Numbered from the stretch's first letter, positions 11,111 to 24,674 are shown. The stretch: DNA of 64,000 nt from Oikopleura dioica (GCA_907165135.1 OU015567.1:2542001-2606000); one strand, 5' to 3'. Notes: generated by a model not told the origin, from the letters alone. Numbers and translations: made by a program.

Positions 11111-14100
11111 ATGAGTTTAACGAAAAAATTCGACGAAATCTTCGCAACGAGAAATGTCATCGTTTGCTACTGTCTTGGATGCGTTATCTACTTGTACCTT
11201 TCGACTTTTTCCAGTTTTTATGAAGGAAAAACAGAGATGACAATCGAACGATTAAAATCACACGAAGAATATCGCGAAGAAAAATTCAAAGAACTAAAAG
11301 TTTCGCTCGATTCCGATGACCAGGTCTGTTTTTTTTTCAAAATTGTGTTTGATATATTTTTGAAAAAGGAAGAAGCGTGCAAAACGCTGGATAAAATAGT
11401 CTCTCTCGATTTTCCCGTCAGAGATGAGTTGTATCTAAAGATGAATTTTTCCCAAGTGGAAATTCCGTGGTCTTACGTAACGCCAGAAGAAGAGATGCAA
11501 TCGAGACTGGAAGTTTACAACCATGCCTGTTTTGGGTTTAAGGATATAGCCGTTCTCAAGGCACTTTCGTAGCGCCGAAATGGGGCGATAAAATTTTTTC
11601 TTTTCAAGACAGGTCCTACCTAAAATTATGTCTAGAATTCGATTCTGATGTTTTTAAAATTTTTTTCAAAGAAAATTTATCTCTGGAGCGATTTGAAATC
11701 TTACGATCATTTTTTCTCGAAATTTTTCAATTAAATCGCTAAAACTAAACCGTGTTTTATTATAAATAACTGCTAATCTATCTTCCTAGGGCCTCAAAAT
11801 TTCAAAACCCGAGCAAATTTACATTCTAGTGCCTTTTTCTTTTTAGCTTTTCTTTTTCATTAATGCTGCGTTCAGGGCGCTCGACGAATCAGCGCGCTCT
11901 TTCACATGCCCGCCTCACCGCGCGATGGAGGAGGGCGCCCAGCGCAGCAAACCAGAGCGCTGTCTGACGCTTCGGCTTACCCAAGTAAGCCTCATAAAAA
12001 TGGCTCTAGAATCATAAATAATTGGAATCTATTAAACTTTAGACCCTAGGAATGTAGAGAAAGGTCCAAATTTATAATTTATCAAAAAAACTCGACCAAT
12101 TTAATGGAAAATTCTCGAGAAAAAGTGATCGTAAGATTTAAAATTGCTCTAGAGAGAAATTTTTCCATTAAAAAATATAAGAGAACACTAGAATCGGGTT
12201 TCTTAGGCAATTTTAGGTAGCGTTCCTTTTGAAATGAAAAAATTTTATAGTCCCCTTTTGGCGCTACGAAAGTGCCTTGAGAATGGCTATATCCTTAAGT
12301 ATTTTCATGCGGGTCTGATTTCTGAAAAAAAACCATAAATATGTGTAGGGTTTTTCACGGAACGGCGCGGCCCGCTCTGGGGTCCATCCACGAATATTAA
12401 AAGTCTTCTATTGAAGCGAAATTGATTATTCAAAAAATGAAACCGACTAATTGAAGGGAATAGATTCATAATATCGCATTAGTTTTTCTTTCGAATGAAA
12501 GCATTTGCTGTAAGACGGTTTTTCTTACTCAATTTCGACTTTTTAATCTGAGTACATCAAAATACACTCTCTATTTTCAAATATATAGGAGATAAGATGT
12601 GTAATTTTCAGCTCTCAAAATTTGGGATTTCGGAAACTTTCGGAAGGTGTTCAAATCGTCAGATAAGTGAGTGAAAGTGACTGCGCGCTAGTGCTTTACG
12701 CCGCTGCGCGGGACGCCCAAAAAGCATTAGCGCGCGCCATAATCCCAGCGGGTGGTTTCTATGACCTAGTATCCGAAATCTGATGCGAATTACACCGGGT
12801 GATTTGCAAAAACAATTTCCCGGAAGTGTCAAGCTTCGTATTTGAGATGAATTAGACGGATTTATATCACTCGGAACAACAAAACTGATGAGATCCTTTT
12901 TTATCTTCCTTATCATTATTACACCACCACCAGGTCAGAATTTGATAATTATTTTCACATATTTGAAATCAGCGGCTCGAGTTACACTTATTTTGAAATT
13001 TTCAAGCCCATTGAATGATATACCACTTTCCGTGAAAAACCCTAAATATGTGAAAAATTATAATAATCGGGGAAAATATTTGTCAATGAATTGTGACTAA
13101 ACATAAAAATTTATTTATTCCGTTATCCATTTGCTACAACAGACATAGCCCAATTTATTATAATCTATAAACCCTTGAAAAGCTCTTGCAAATCATATAT
13201 CGCCAAAACCATCAAAAAGAACGAAAAACTCTCCGTTTCTCAACAACGCGAAGCTCTCCAAAAACTCCAATCTCTCATCATCTCCGGCTCCAACTGCGAG
13301 TCGGACTGGAACTCGACGTATCAAAACGAAATCCTCCCAGACAACGATCGAATATACCAACATACGTTTCTACTCGACAAATACAACGGGGCCGGCTGCG
13401 TTCCGCTGAAAACAGGGACGACTAATTGGCAACGATCTTTCGGAGCTCTTCGATTTCTGAGCGATGAAAAACCAACTGTCGATCCGGAAATGATCAATTC
13501 GGAGATTGCATTTAAACTCGTGCCGAGATACGCTTGGAAATATGAAAACCGAGTTTTCGGATCGCCGGAAATTTGGGAAAGAAATAACTTTCCTTTTCAT
13601 GGAATCGATCTTATGAAGCAAAAGAAAAGTCTCCGGAAAATTCGCCTGAATGATCCGCTTTTTCAAAAATTCGAAGAACAAAGAGAAAAATCAGCGACTC
13701 GACCGACAGAAGAGCAGAAAGAAATCATCGACAAATGTGGCGAAAAAGCGTTCCAAAAGCGAGTCGAAGATAAAAAATATTTACGATTTATCAATGTCCG
13801 TCATCCCTTTTCTCGTCTGTTTTCTGCTTGGAGGCAAAAATTTTCAGTCAATTTCCATAACGCGCAAAAATTTGAACCCATCGCAGCGATCATTCGAGAG
13901 CAGCAAAAAGCGGCAAGTGGCGAGGAAGATATCATCCCTCCTGGCTTTGTTTGCTCCTTCAAAGGGTTTTTGAGATATGTCATTTTGAAGAGCAAGGAAG
14001 ATAAGGAAACAATGAATCATCATTGGGTCAGCTATCAGGATTCTTGCGAGCCGTGTTTTCTCAAGCTCAATGCGATTACGAAGCAGGAGACTTCTCATCA

Positions 14101-14507
14101 AGGATTGTTTTGCTTTCTCGCCATTTTGAGTTAGACGATTTACTCTGGGCTCGACATCCTGTCTAAGAAATCTGAGTCAGGATCTGAAAGGTCGAAGCGG
14201 CTTCGCCAAAACCCTGACTCAGGTTTTTTTTTACACAGGTTGAGGGGCCCAGGATTCATCTTCCTTACTAAGGAAGGGTTTTTCTTGCGTAAAACAATTG
14301 AAAGACTCAGCCTATATCTTCGAAAAAATGTCGATTCGGGACAAAACCTACATGCCTGGAATGTACGATACCCACGTCCCGGATGCAACAGAAAAAATCT
14401 TCAGGGAGCATCAAGTCGACAAAGAGATAATTGAAGAGCTGTATATTGTGTATTATAATGATTTTATTCTCTTCAACTACACTATCGATTCTTTTCTCGA
14501 AAATTAA
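11111..14507 (+). CDS. Type II Golgi carbohydrate sulfotransferase (Sulfotransfer_2 / CHST8-14-like family)
   Basis: N-terminal TM; 5'-PSB-like CVPLKTGTTNW; 3'-PB motif RFINVRHPFSRLFSAWRQKF; HHW...CEPC; C-terminal LYIVYYNDFILFNY; the junction between 11535 and 13183 is ambiguous (see findings). Confidence 0.8.
11542..12294. mobile_element. Non-autonomous TTAA-targeting MITE with GG...CC termini (Kolobok-type), 753 bp, with long imperfect inverted arms
   Basis: TTAA on both sides (11538-41 and 12295-98); TIR GGATATAGCCGTTCTCAAGGCACTTTCGTAGCGCC vs GGCGCTACGAAAGTGCCTTGAGAATGGCTATATCC; inverted similarity continues for more than 200 bp; GC-rich central hairpin. Confidence 0.85.
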
Positions 14508-14699
14508 ATAATAATAAATTTATTAAATTGAAATTTATTTCAGACGAATTTTTCTAAATCCGTGGCCTCCCATCAAAAATGAAAAACTCGTTCAAAAACT
14601 GACTCCACCAGAAATTGCAAGAGAAAACGAACTTTTTATACAGCGCGAGAAAGTGATAAAAGTGCAAAAACAGAATAATTATTCAGCTCAAAAAATTCC

Positions 14700-16030
14700 T
14701 CAATAAGGTTCTTCAGGATAAACTGGTTCGCCATCGCAACTCGTCTTGAGAAAAAAAGTTATGTTTGAGATAATTTTGAGACATTTTAATTTTACCTGGA
14801 TTGTCCCGTCAGCACAGCATTTTTTACCAGTAGCAGTGTTGAAAATAGACTTTGGTCCCACCGCCGGGCCGCAGCACTAGAATTTAAATAGTTTAGATTC
14901 AGAAAAAGGTTTTAGAAAGAAAAGCGAAGAGAGGTTAAAAAGCTCTGCCTTTTCGTCGAGGTCCTTTTTGAACAGCCCGCCGTGAGGGGTTAAGATAAGG
15001 TCGGTTTTTCGATAAGGTAAAATAAACGAAGATACCTGTTGGTTTACCTGGGGCGTGGATGAAGGTCCTGGGATGACGCACTGCTCCTCCGGATTCCAGC
15101 CGATCATTGAGTAGAACATGTGATAGTCTTGATTGTACTAAGAAAAGGTGACTTCCTGAAGAATGAGGAATGAACCTGATCAGCAACGAGAGCATGCGAC
15201 TCGGCAAACATTTTGTCGCACTCACAAATTGCTCTTTTGCATGTTTCGCCATCATCTTTGCACGTGATTTTTCCGCTGTCAGTTTGTCTTTTTTGGATGA
15301 ACTAGTTTATGTAGGTCAACTTGGAGGTTTTTTACGAATGCCTTGAACATTTTTCTACGATTCTTGCGCAACGGTGATTTCAGACTAGATGACGCGAAGA
15401 ATTTAAACTTTGAAATTTTGAAAAAACGTGTGAGCACCGACGGGTTTTTAAGAGTGGTTGTTATTCTAATGACTTGCTTCATTATTTCTTGCTGCCTAGT
15501 TGAACCCAAGCCTGATTCTGTAGCGGAAATCGTTGTTTATGCATTCTTCGCCAAACTCCATTTTGACGCATTTGATACAGTCTAAAACAAAAAAACGCAA
15601 ATCATTCACTTTTTCGGAAAGAGGATCTGTCTCTAGAATCCACCGCAAAAACGACAAATGTTCAAGCCAAAAGCTCAAGCCGCAGGATCTTTGATTTTCT
15701 GGCCGGAAATAATCAATATCCCAAAGTCTCTTGAATTTTTCGCGGTGAATAAAAACGCTGCACTTTTTCGACCATTTCTTCTTTTTTTTCTGTACCTTTG
15801 TATTTTTTGCAAGTAGTGTCGATTTCATCGATAGCCGGACCATGGCCGTTTTGAGAAATTCCATCGCCCATCAAGCAGTTACACCCGTAAGCCCAGTATG
15901 TTTCTGCGGAGAAGTTTTCGTTTGCCATAGTCATTGTTTCGATCAGCTGGTTGTACCTTTTGTCATTTTCCAATCCGCTCAAAATTCCAGCTGATGCAAG
16001 AGAAACCAAAACATTATTTTTCAGAACCAT
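14700..16030 (-). CDS. Secreted PLA2-like protein 2, catalytic His-Asp absent
   Basis: YWAYGCNC, AIDEIDTTCKKYK|DCIKC, CECD, YHMFYS, CCGPAVGPKSIFN...CCADGT; six exons with GT/GC-AG junctions read by eye. Confidence 0.8.
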
Positions 16031-16100
16031 TTTTCTCAAAAAAAGGGAAAAATCCGGTTTCTATCTGGGCAAAAGTGAATGAGGCCAGAAAGGGGACGAG

Positions 16101-16111
16101 GCTTTTATAGC
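16101..16111 (-). promoter_or_regulatory. TATA box upstream of PLA2-like gene 2
   Basis: GCTATAAAAGC on the minus strand about 70 bp upstream of the ATG. Confidence 0.6.
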
Positions 16112-17695
16112 TGAAGATGATTTTGAAAATTCGTCTCGGTGGAATTTATGAAAGAATCGACCGCAATGAACTCGACGACATGTGTTTTTATTGGAAGGGA
16201 TGAAATCTCATTATGCTTAGATAAGATTTCTATTTTCAAGTCTTGCTCGGCTAATCAGCGATTTTTTGCTATAAGCCATTATAATATTTTTTCAAGAAAA
16301 TGACTATGCTTGTATGCTTGTATTACTCTCATAAGAGCACTCTCTTTGGTAACACTCGAAAAGTATTATTTTATGAACGCGCCACAAAATTATTATTTCA
16401 ACAAAAGTTGGATGGGTTACCAACGAGTCTTTATCAAGCGTTTGCGGTTCAACAACTGTCGATGATTATTTTTTCAGTGATCGAAAATGGTAAGTTATGA
16501 AAGATCGCTCCAAAACAGTGACTCAACTAATAACCGGACTCAATCATTCAGAAATAACTCTTGACCGAGGATGGCCTTGACTGAGAAGTCTCCAAGACCG
16601 CGTTGTTTGTTTCAGTCGCTAGAAAATTGCTTCTTCGGCCTTTTCAATTTCAAGGTCGGTTAATTTCTTTCGTCTTTGGTTCAAGTCAGTAGAACAGCTT
16701 TTTTTAAAAAAAAATCTTGTTTTCTTACTTTTTGGTTAAATTTTTGAGTAAACTTTGACTTTTTAAAATAAGGGTATACCTTTGAAAGTTCTGAGAAAAA
16801 AATATGCGTGATCTGTTAACCCAAAAACATGCAGTCAAATTCAACATGATGTAAAATCATCACGAATCACTTGAACTACATGCACCATCCATTTTAACAA
16901 GAACCAAAATTTTTACGATGAAAAAATCACTTTGAACCTTCGCACCTTTCCGCTCATTTTTCACACGTTCCGCCGGTTTTCACCTGTTTTTCGGACCTTT
17001 TGGGTTAATCTTAATGAACCAGTGGAATTCGACAAAACGTGACTCATTTTGAAAAGTACTACCGAAAGAGCTCAGTTAAAAGACGTACAATATAAATATT
17101 TAAAGAAAACCACTCTGGCAGGACTTGAACTAGTTCAACGATAATTGCTCATCGAGAGCACCATAACGTGAATTTGATGAGTATATTGAGTAGCCCGGCA
17201 AGGGTGTGAGCTCGAAGTTGTTTTGCGCGATTCTGCACAAATGAGATCATCCAAAAAAGCCTTCTGAGAACGAAGTTTCTGATTTTTATTTTCTCATAAC
17301 TTCGCTCTTCTCTTGTTTTGAGGAAAAGATTGATTACAATATAATCGCAAAAATCGTCGTTAAAATCGTAAAGAAAACAAGCACCGGATTCTGAATAGAT
17401 ATTGACGTTGTCATGATTCGAGACGAATTATTATTTGATATGCAATAAGAACATCCGATCGACTTACAACAAGAAAGTAAATATAGAGAATGATAGAAGG
17501 GAAAAGCCAGAATTTAGTTCAATTTTTATATATTTTTGAAAAACTTTTTTTGTTTATTAGATTTTTGCTAAAAATTGGATTATATGTTTATGATGTCGGG
17601 TAAATAAATAAACATATAATACATTCATTATATAATATCATTTATGTTCTTTCTATGTATGCAAGTGATGATTGATCTTTTTAATTTTTTTTTAG

Positions 17696-19011
17696 GTCTG
17701 ATATCAACCTTGCTATTCAATACTTTCTGACGGACAACTTTATCGAAGGGATGGGAACAATTTCAATTGTCATCTTTTCCGGTTGGCTTGCTGCATATTA
17801 TTCGTTGTTTTTGTCGGGATCATTTAATTCAAATGATAAAAAATCCCCTTTCATTCTTCTTCTTCATCTTCTGTTGCTTGGGCCAATTTGGCACTTTTAT
17901 ATGCAGTATAAAAAATCTGATGAACCGGATCCGGCGCTTGACAAAAACGTTGCCAAATTAAGACTAATCGAAGGATCGACAGAAGCCGCTCCACAGGTAC
18001 CTAAAATGCCTTTTTTGGCGCTTTAAATATCTCTTTTTAAGTTGATGTTACAATTATTGTATGGCGTTTATTGCTTCAACAATCAATTTCAATCGCATCC
18101 CAATGAGTTTTGCGCGGCAAATATGAACGTAAAAGACAAAAACTCCTTCATGGCGAACGTAATTCTCCAAAGTCTCCTACACCAAGACAAACCCCATTAT
18201 ATTTTCTCAGCCGAATTTGTTCTTGGAAATATTCCAAGTGTTATAAGAAGCTTTCCTCGGGCAGTGAAGTTGTCAATTTTCTCATCAAGTCTATCACTGG
18301 TCTGGATGGTTTTTTCCGTGAAAAAAGAGTTGCAATTTCAAGGCATGTTGAAAATCCCCCATTCAATTTTTCTCAGTATTATGGTGAGTCCTTATCGATA
18401 TATCTCTTAATTGTTATACAATGCATAATATAAATATTAGAAAAATTAAAATTTAGTTTTTCTCTCAAAAGACGGCTCGATTTTGTATTTTGCTTTCCTT
18501 TGCTTGCTATTTTGGAAGGGATACAAATTTCAGACCGGTTTACGATCGGTGGATAATTTCATCTTCCCTCCCTTTTATTCTTTTCATCCATGGGCTTATC
18601 ATATTCACTCTTGGTTGTTTTTCCAAAAGCGTAGAAGAAAAGATGTTTGGGTTGACGAGGACGTTCTATTATGACCTGGAGAAACCTCTTGGATTCGTGA
18701 ATTTTTCGCTCATTCAAATCGAACATATCGCTGTCTATGTCTACCATAAAATTCACCTCGGACCCCTGTTTGGTTATTACTTTATGACGGGACCATTGGA
18801 ATTATTTTTCGTTGGTGGCCTTTCTTTACTCGCCTTTTTGATGGAAATCTTATGGATGTTTTTGTTGTCACCGCAAAGTTCTCAAAACAAAGAGCCTTTT
18901 CATGATCTTTTGTTTCAATTAAAAATAATGAAAGAACGATTATTATGGCGAGAAAAGAAATCTTTGCCGGAAAATGAAATGCAATTGCTTGAAAGATACA
19001 CCTATAAATAA
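17696..19011 (+). CDS. XK-related (XKR family) multi-pass membrane protein; 5' exon(s) not resolved
   Basis: SDINLAIQY, LLHLLLLGP, LRLIEGSTEAAPQ|LMLQL (E..PQ..LQ motif), SSSLSLVW; several hydrophobic segments. Confidence 0.7.
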
Positions 19012-20037
19012 TCGCACCGCGATTCTTACTGTTTCCCTGACTGACTATCACTACCTGACTGATAAATAAAAAAAGAACTTCCTGACACTTATTTTCGAGT
19101 GTTTTCTGTGTCTAAGACGGCGCTTCTCAATCTTTTGGAACGAGTACGTTCCAAAATTATTAAAAACAAAATTGCAAATATTCGGTTTGGTCTTTTTCCC
19201 GTCTAAGTTCTTTTCCACGTTTTTATATCATTGTCTACCAGCTTTGGAATTTTCAACCATCAGAATTTTTTTCAAAAAACAAAAAAATGGTAACTTTTCA
19301 TATAATTTGCCCCTAACAGATTTACGGAAATAAAGACCAGAAGAAGAAAGTGCAACGTCTTGATTTTGCGTCGCCCTCTTTATCAGACCTCAGATCAGAC
19401 GTTTGTCCTTGGTAAAAGCGGTCGCCCTTTACGTAAAATCGGGCGAGAACGTAAACCAAAAAGAATTCTCCGCGAAAGCTGGACACGGAATCGCTGCATT
19501 TTTTAAAGAATTATATATTTCGCTTGTCAGTGACAACGAGCGAAATTAAATTTCATCAGATCTAGGAGTCAATTTTTATTGCGAAAAATATTAGACGAAG
19601 AAGAAATCTTGTTACTGGATTTGAAAATTTTTAAAGTTTCAAGACGTTCATGTTTATTTTGCTAAGGCATTATTGCCTTGGCCCAAGGGGAGTGTTCGCT
19701 CCGAAGGCAAACAAAAAAATCAGACGATTACAAATCTGACGGATTGTTACTTACTATTACGACATTCCAAGGCGACAGAAGAAACTTTCCATTCGCTCTT
19801 AAAAATTTCAAATAAACAAAGAAAAGAATAGAAAATTAGAAAATTATGGAAAAAGAGGAATCAAAAATACGAAGAAGATGCTTGTCTCTAGCGCCTTTTA
19901 GTAAGTTTTTGTAGGGAAGAAGCCCTTATTTGTCCCCTTCGCTTAAGGGTGTCAGTACGTTAAATTTTTCATTTGCAAATGAATTCAAACGAAGCAAAAA
20001 ACGAAGAAATGCCGATTACTAGTCCTTTTCATTTCAG

Positions 20038-22120
20038 ATGTGACCCTTTTGCTGGACAAGCTAACCCCGACGCAGCTGAAAAATCTACAGAATCACAAGT
20101 ACTCTGCCTCTGGTCGATCCCTCCTGGAGCCCTTCTACGATCCATGGTGGAATTTTGCAATTACACTTTGTCCCCTGTGGATCGCGCCCAATATGATTAC
20201 CTTCATCGGCCTTCTCGCAAATCTTTCCAGCTTTGTCATCATGTTTAGGAAAACGATGCTCAAGTTTATTCTTTTTAGAAGAAAGATAATCTTATGCCTT
20301 TGCCACTTCCAAAGAAAACCGCGAAAAGCTTATCAGATCCCCAAATAATGCTTAGATTATTTCGTCACATTGAAAATATTTTTGCAACCTTCATCATTTT
20401 CATTTCAAAATTGAGCCATGATAAGTTATTGCGGCTTAGATGGATCTGGAATTGCGCCGAATTGGGTTTTCTTCTACGCTGCGTTTTCCTTGTTTTTCTA
20501 TCAGACTATGGGTATGAATGATAGAAGGGGGTTGACTCACCGTCATAATTTTCAGATGCGATTGATGGAAAACAAGCTCGAAGAACTGGAACCGGCTCTC
20601 CTCTTGGAGAATTGTTTGATCATGGAATGGATACAATAGGCTTGGGTATATATTTTATAAAAATTTTATAAAAAAAAATCTTCGCAAAAGCTGTTTGTGA
20701 AAATTTTTTGAAATCATAATATTTTTAAAAATATGATGATTAAATATTTTTATTATTCACTGAATTGTGATAAGATAAGCTGATCATCTTCAATATATGA
20801 GGTAAATATCTGATCTTCATAAATTTATCAACATATAAGTTTTTAACAGCAACAAATTTTAACCCTCGAAAGCCAATTGTTTCTTTCTTCCGATGATAAT
20901 TATGTCGACAAACTGCGCTGAAGAGCAAGAAAAAGGTATGACCGACCTTTTCTTTTTCATCGAACTTTTCTATTCCTAGCTTATTTCTTGAGCTATCTTT
21001 GCTTCTTCGTGTACTACTTCTCGCACAGTCTCCAATACATCACTGGAACTTTGACGTTCGGGCTTATCGACATCACCGAAATCCAAACTTCAACGATGGG
21101 CCTCCTCGTTATGACAGGTCTAATGGGCCAAGATCACTGGGCAGAAGCAAGTCCGATTCCTGGTCTTTCAAATCGAGATACGGTTGTTTATGGCTCTTGC
21201 TGTATTTGTTTCTTTGCGCTCACCAGGGAAGGAGTTCGGATTTTTGATAAAAACGGGCTCTAAAATGCTCTAGAAAGCCATTTTTGAATCAGCTGAATTA
21301 ACAGAAAATTCCGAATTCCTCCTCAAGAATGTTCATCTTGCTTTCTAAAGGTGGCTGCGGACCGAACGGCTCCAGCTGTGCCGGTAAGAACTCTTTTCGC
21401 TTTCTAATTCTAGCGCTCGTGTTAAATCGTGAAAGCTCATGCTCGTCAAATTTTCTTATTCAAATCCTCCACCTTCTTTTCAGGCACCTCGATTCTTTCT
21501 CCATTTCCTTCTATCTTGCTCATTATCGGACTAGGCATCGTCGTCGGAAATAAAACCGGATTGGCAGCTAGATATCCCGTCGGTTTCATTTTTTATATTT
21601 CGATGCTCTGCGCTAAAACTGGTCACAAAGTAAGAAATCCTCAAAAGTCTTCGTAAGCCTTATTTTTCAGCTTATCGTCGCTCAAATGACAAAAGCATCG
21701 CTTCGATTAGCCGACCCTTGCCTCTGGAGTATCTGCTTGTTGGGATTCAACCAGGTAAATCAATTCTAGAGCTCATTTCTTCAAATAAACCCCGCTTGCC
21801 CTTTCATTTATTCATAAAACAACGTGAAACAACGGTGGTCCGCGGAGTTTGAGATTTTAGAAATTCACCCCAGGGAACCGCATAATTTTGGTAACCAAGT
21901 GGTTAAATTACTTCAGAAAGGGAAGCGCGAGGGCGAACTCTTACGTGAAACCTTCTATTACGGGTTTTCTCGACGAATTTCTTTTTGAAATATTATTATT
22001 CAGTATGTTGGAGATTTGCTGCCGCCTAATTGGTTGTTTGCGGGTCTTGTTGGATATGCGATTATTGACTTGGCAAGATACTGTATTAGAGTGTACACGC
22101 AGATTGCGGATTTCTTGAAG
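20038..22120 (+). CDS. CEPT1/CHPT1: Choline/ethanolamine phosphotransferase (CDP-alcohol phosphatidyltransferase); terminal exons approximate
   Basis: [33 protein letters not shown]|[26 protein letters not shown] (complete CDP-AP motif), [18 protein letters not shown]. Confidence 0.9.
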
Positions 22121-22411
22121 GTAAGAGGACATTCTAGAGCTGGATGGGAAATGAACCTTTAGATCCGCGTCTTGACGATTCCGAAAGAGAAGCAAAAACT
22201 CAAGAGCCAGTAAGGAGAAACGCGTCGCCAAGAGTTCTTAGCCTGTCCAAATTACACCTTTTCAAGAGTTGAAAATCAAAATAAATTTTATGTTATCGTT
22301 TGCTTAAAATTATTGTCTGCTTTGATAAAAAAATCCTGTTTTCTTGTTTTTTTTCAGTTTTTTTTTCAATTTTTATCGCAAATCATCGAAGACATGATAG
22401 AAAAAGCAAAT

Positions 22412-24674
22412 TTAGCCCCAATTTTCGCATAAGTCGCCAGAGTAACCATCTGCGCAGATGCAAATGAATCCTGGTCCATCAATTTCACAAGTTGCAATTC
22501 CATAGCAAGGATTCGGCGAGCATGGCGTAAGCTCACAGTTTGAACCATAATATCCTTCTTGGCAATCACATTTGTAGCCCTTTTCGCCATAAGTAAAAGA
22601 GCATTGCCCGTTGTTTTTGCAAGGATTGTTGGTGCAAGGATCAAATTCACAAAAGTCTCCGAAATGCGGCGCGACACATTTACAATAAGCCGTGATCTCG
22701 TCCCAAATATTGATCGAGCAAGTGCCGCCATTAAAACAGTTGTGATTTGTACAAGGAGTTATCTCGCAATTATCTCCCGCATATCCAATGTTGCAATCGC
22801 AGAGGGGCTGGTTGTCGATTATGTTACAATAACCATGGCCTGGATTGCAGTCCACATCCAAACAGGGATCTTCAACCAGCTCGCAATGGTCACCTATCCA
22901 TCCATCGAAGCATTCGCATACAGCAGTGTTCTGGTCGCCGCTACCAAAAATGTAGCACTGCCCATGATAACAGGCAATGTTTGTGCAAGGCGTTATTTCA
23001 CAGAATTTACCAGAGTATCCATGATTACAAATACATTCATATCTTTATAAGATTCTTATTGATTCTGAAGGATTTATTTTTATAATTGTTGAACCTTTCA
23101 TATACTCCTGGTTGTTTTCATCAAAAGCACATGTTCCGCCGTTTTGGCAAGAACTTATCAAACAGGACTCTGACTCGCAATGTGTTCCATAAAAACCTTC
23201 CTCGCAAATGCAAATCGGATTCGAACCTTCAGCTTTACATTCACCCCCGTTTTCGCAATCAAAGTCTTATCATTTGGTCAATAGTCTTTCGAGAAAATCA
23301 TATAAAAAATCAGAAAATCTTGCCACTGTCCTGAACAAGCATTAAACTCGCAGTTATTTCCTGAAAAGCCATCAGGACAGGAGCAAATATAGCTCGATCC
23401 ATCAATGATACAAGTTCCTCCGCTGAAACAAGGATAATGAGAACAGGGCGTCATTTGGCAATCTTTGCCAGAAAATCCATCTTGACATTCACAAGAATAA
23501 CTCGATCCGCTTATTTGACATGTTCCGTTATTCTTTAATTTAGGTCATACAAGATGACTCATATTTCTTGTCAAGATTTTGAAAAATCTCAGCTTGATAA
23601 AAGAGATACGAGTTTATTCTTGAGATAATATTTAGACCTTTATCTGGCAGGGTTCATGTGTGCATGGTGTAACCTCACAAAGTGTTCCGGAGTAACCAGG
23701 AGGACAAAAACAGGAGGCGTTTATTCCATTCCAAATGCAGTGTCCTTCATTTTGACATTCAACTTTTGAGCACTCATCGAACTCACAATGTTCTCCGAAG
23801 TAGCCATCCGAGCAGATGCATGTCCCAGTTGAACCATTTATGGAACAGTAACCATTGTTGCCGCAATCAATGGACGAGCATGGGTCAATTTCACAGTTAT
23901 CGCCAGAAAAACCATCATAACACTCGCAGTAGCTAAGAGATCCATCAATGATACAGTTTCCATTTTCATTGCATTCGTTTCCACTGCATGGAGTTATTTC
24001 GCAATCTTCTCCGGAAAACCCGTCCAAACAATTGCAAATTGCTTCTGTTCCATCAGCTAAACAGGTTCCTCCATTCAAACAACCATGATCAGTGCAAGGG
24101 GTGAACTCGCAGAAATCACCATAGTCGCCATCATTGCAGGCGCAGATAAAACTTGAACCGTCAATTATGCAAGTTCCTCCGTGGAGGCAAGGTTTCCATG
24201 AGCAAGGGGTAATCTCACTGTTGTCCCCCCGGAAACCGTCTGGGCATTGGCATACATAAGATCCCCCATCACTTGTACATGTTCCCCCATTTTGACATGG
24301 CTCACTAGAGCAAGAGGATGATCACAGCCTTTGCACCCTTCAGGGCAGTATTCTCCGCATGGGCATCCGAAGAGGCATTCTTAAAATTGTCAGTAAATAA
24401 AAAGTAGTCTGAATCGTATCATTTACTTTCGTACATATCCTTGCAAATAGATTGACAGTATTCGCTTTCACAAAGCAATCCACAACCCACATAATCGGTC
24501 CTGCACAGGGAATGGCACTGATCCTGTATATCTTTATCACTGAATAATTTTTTTTTTTGCTATCAAAAAAACACCAGAAGGTACTCACGGGCAATCATAA
24601 ACATTCTCTCTTAGCTGAAAATCTCTTCGATAAGCAAATTTTCCATCGCAAAGAAAGAAAAGTAAGAACAACAT
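22412..24674 (-). CDS. Secreted protein with an N-terminal Cys-rich module and about 15 tandem EGF-like repeats; carries an apparent -1 frameshift at about 24312
   Basis: MLFLLFFLC signal-like start; repeated PC...C.NGGTC....C.C..G(F/Y).G..CE units over several exons; no TM seen. Confidence 0.8.

Noticed and set aside
16627-16644. TGCTTCTTCGGCCTTTT, resembling the U2 snRNA 5' end
   Set aside because: No branch-site recognition sequence (GTGTAGTA), Sm site or further similarity follows
22217-22226. Second GAAACGCGTC hammerhead-like half motif
   Set aside because: No upstream CTGANGA core or stem II at the required distance
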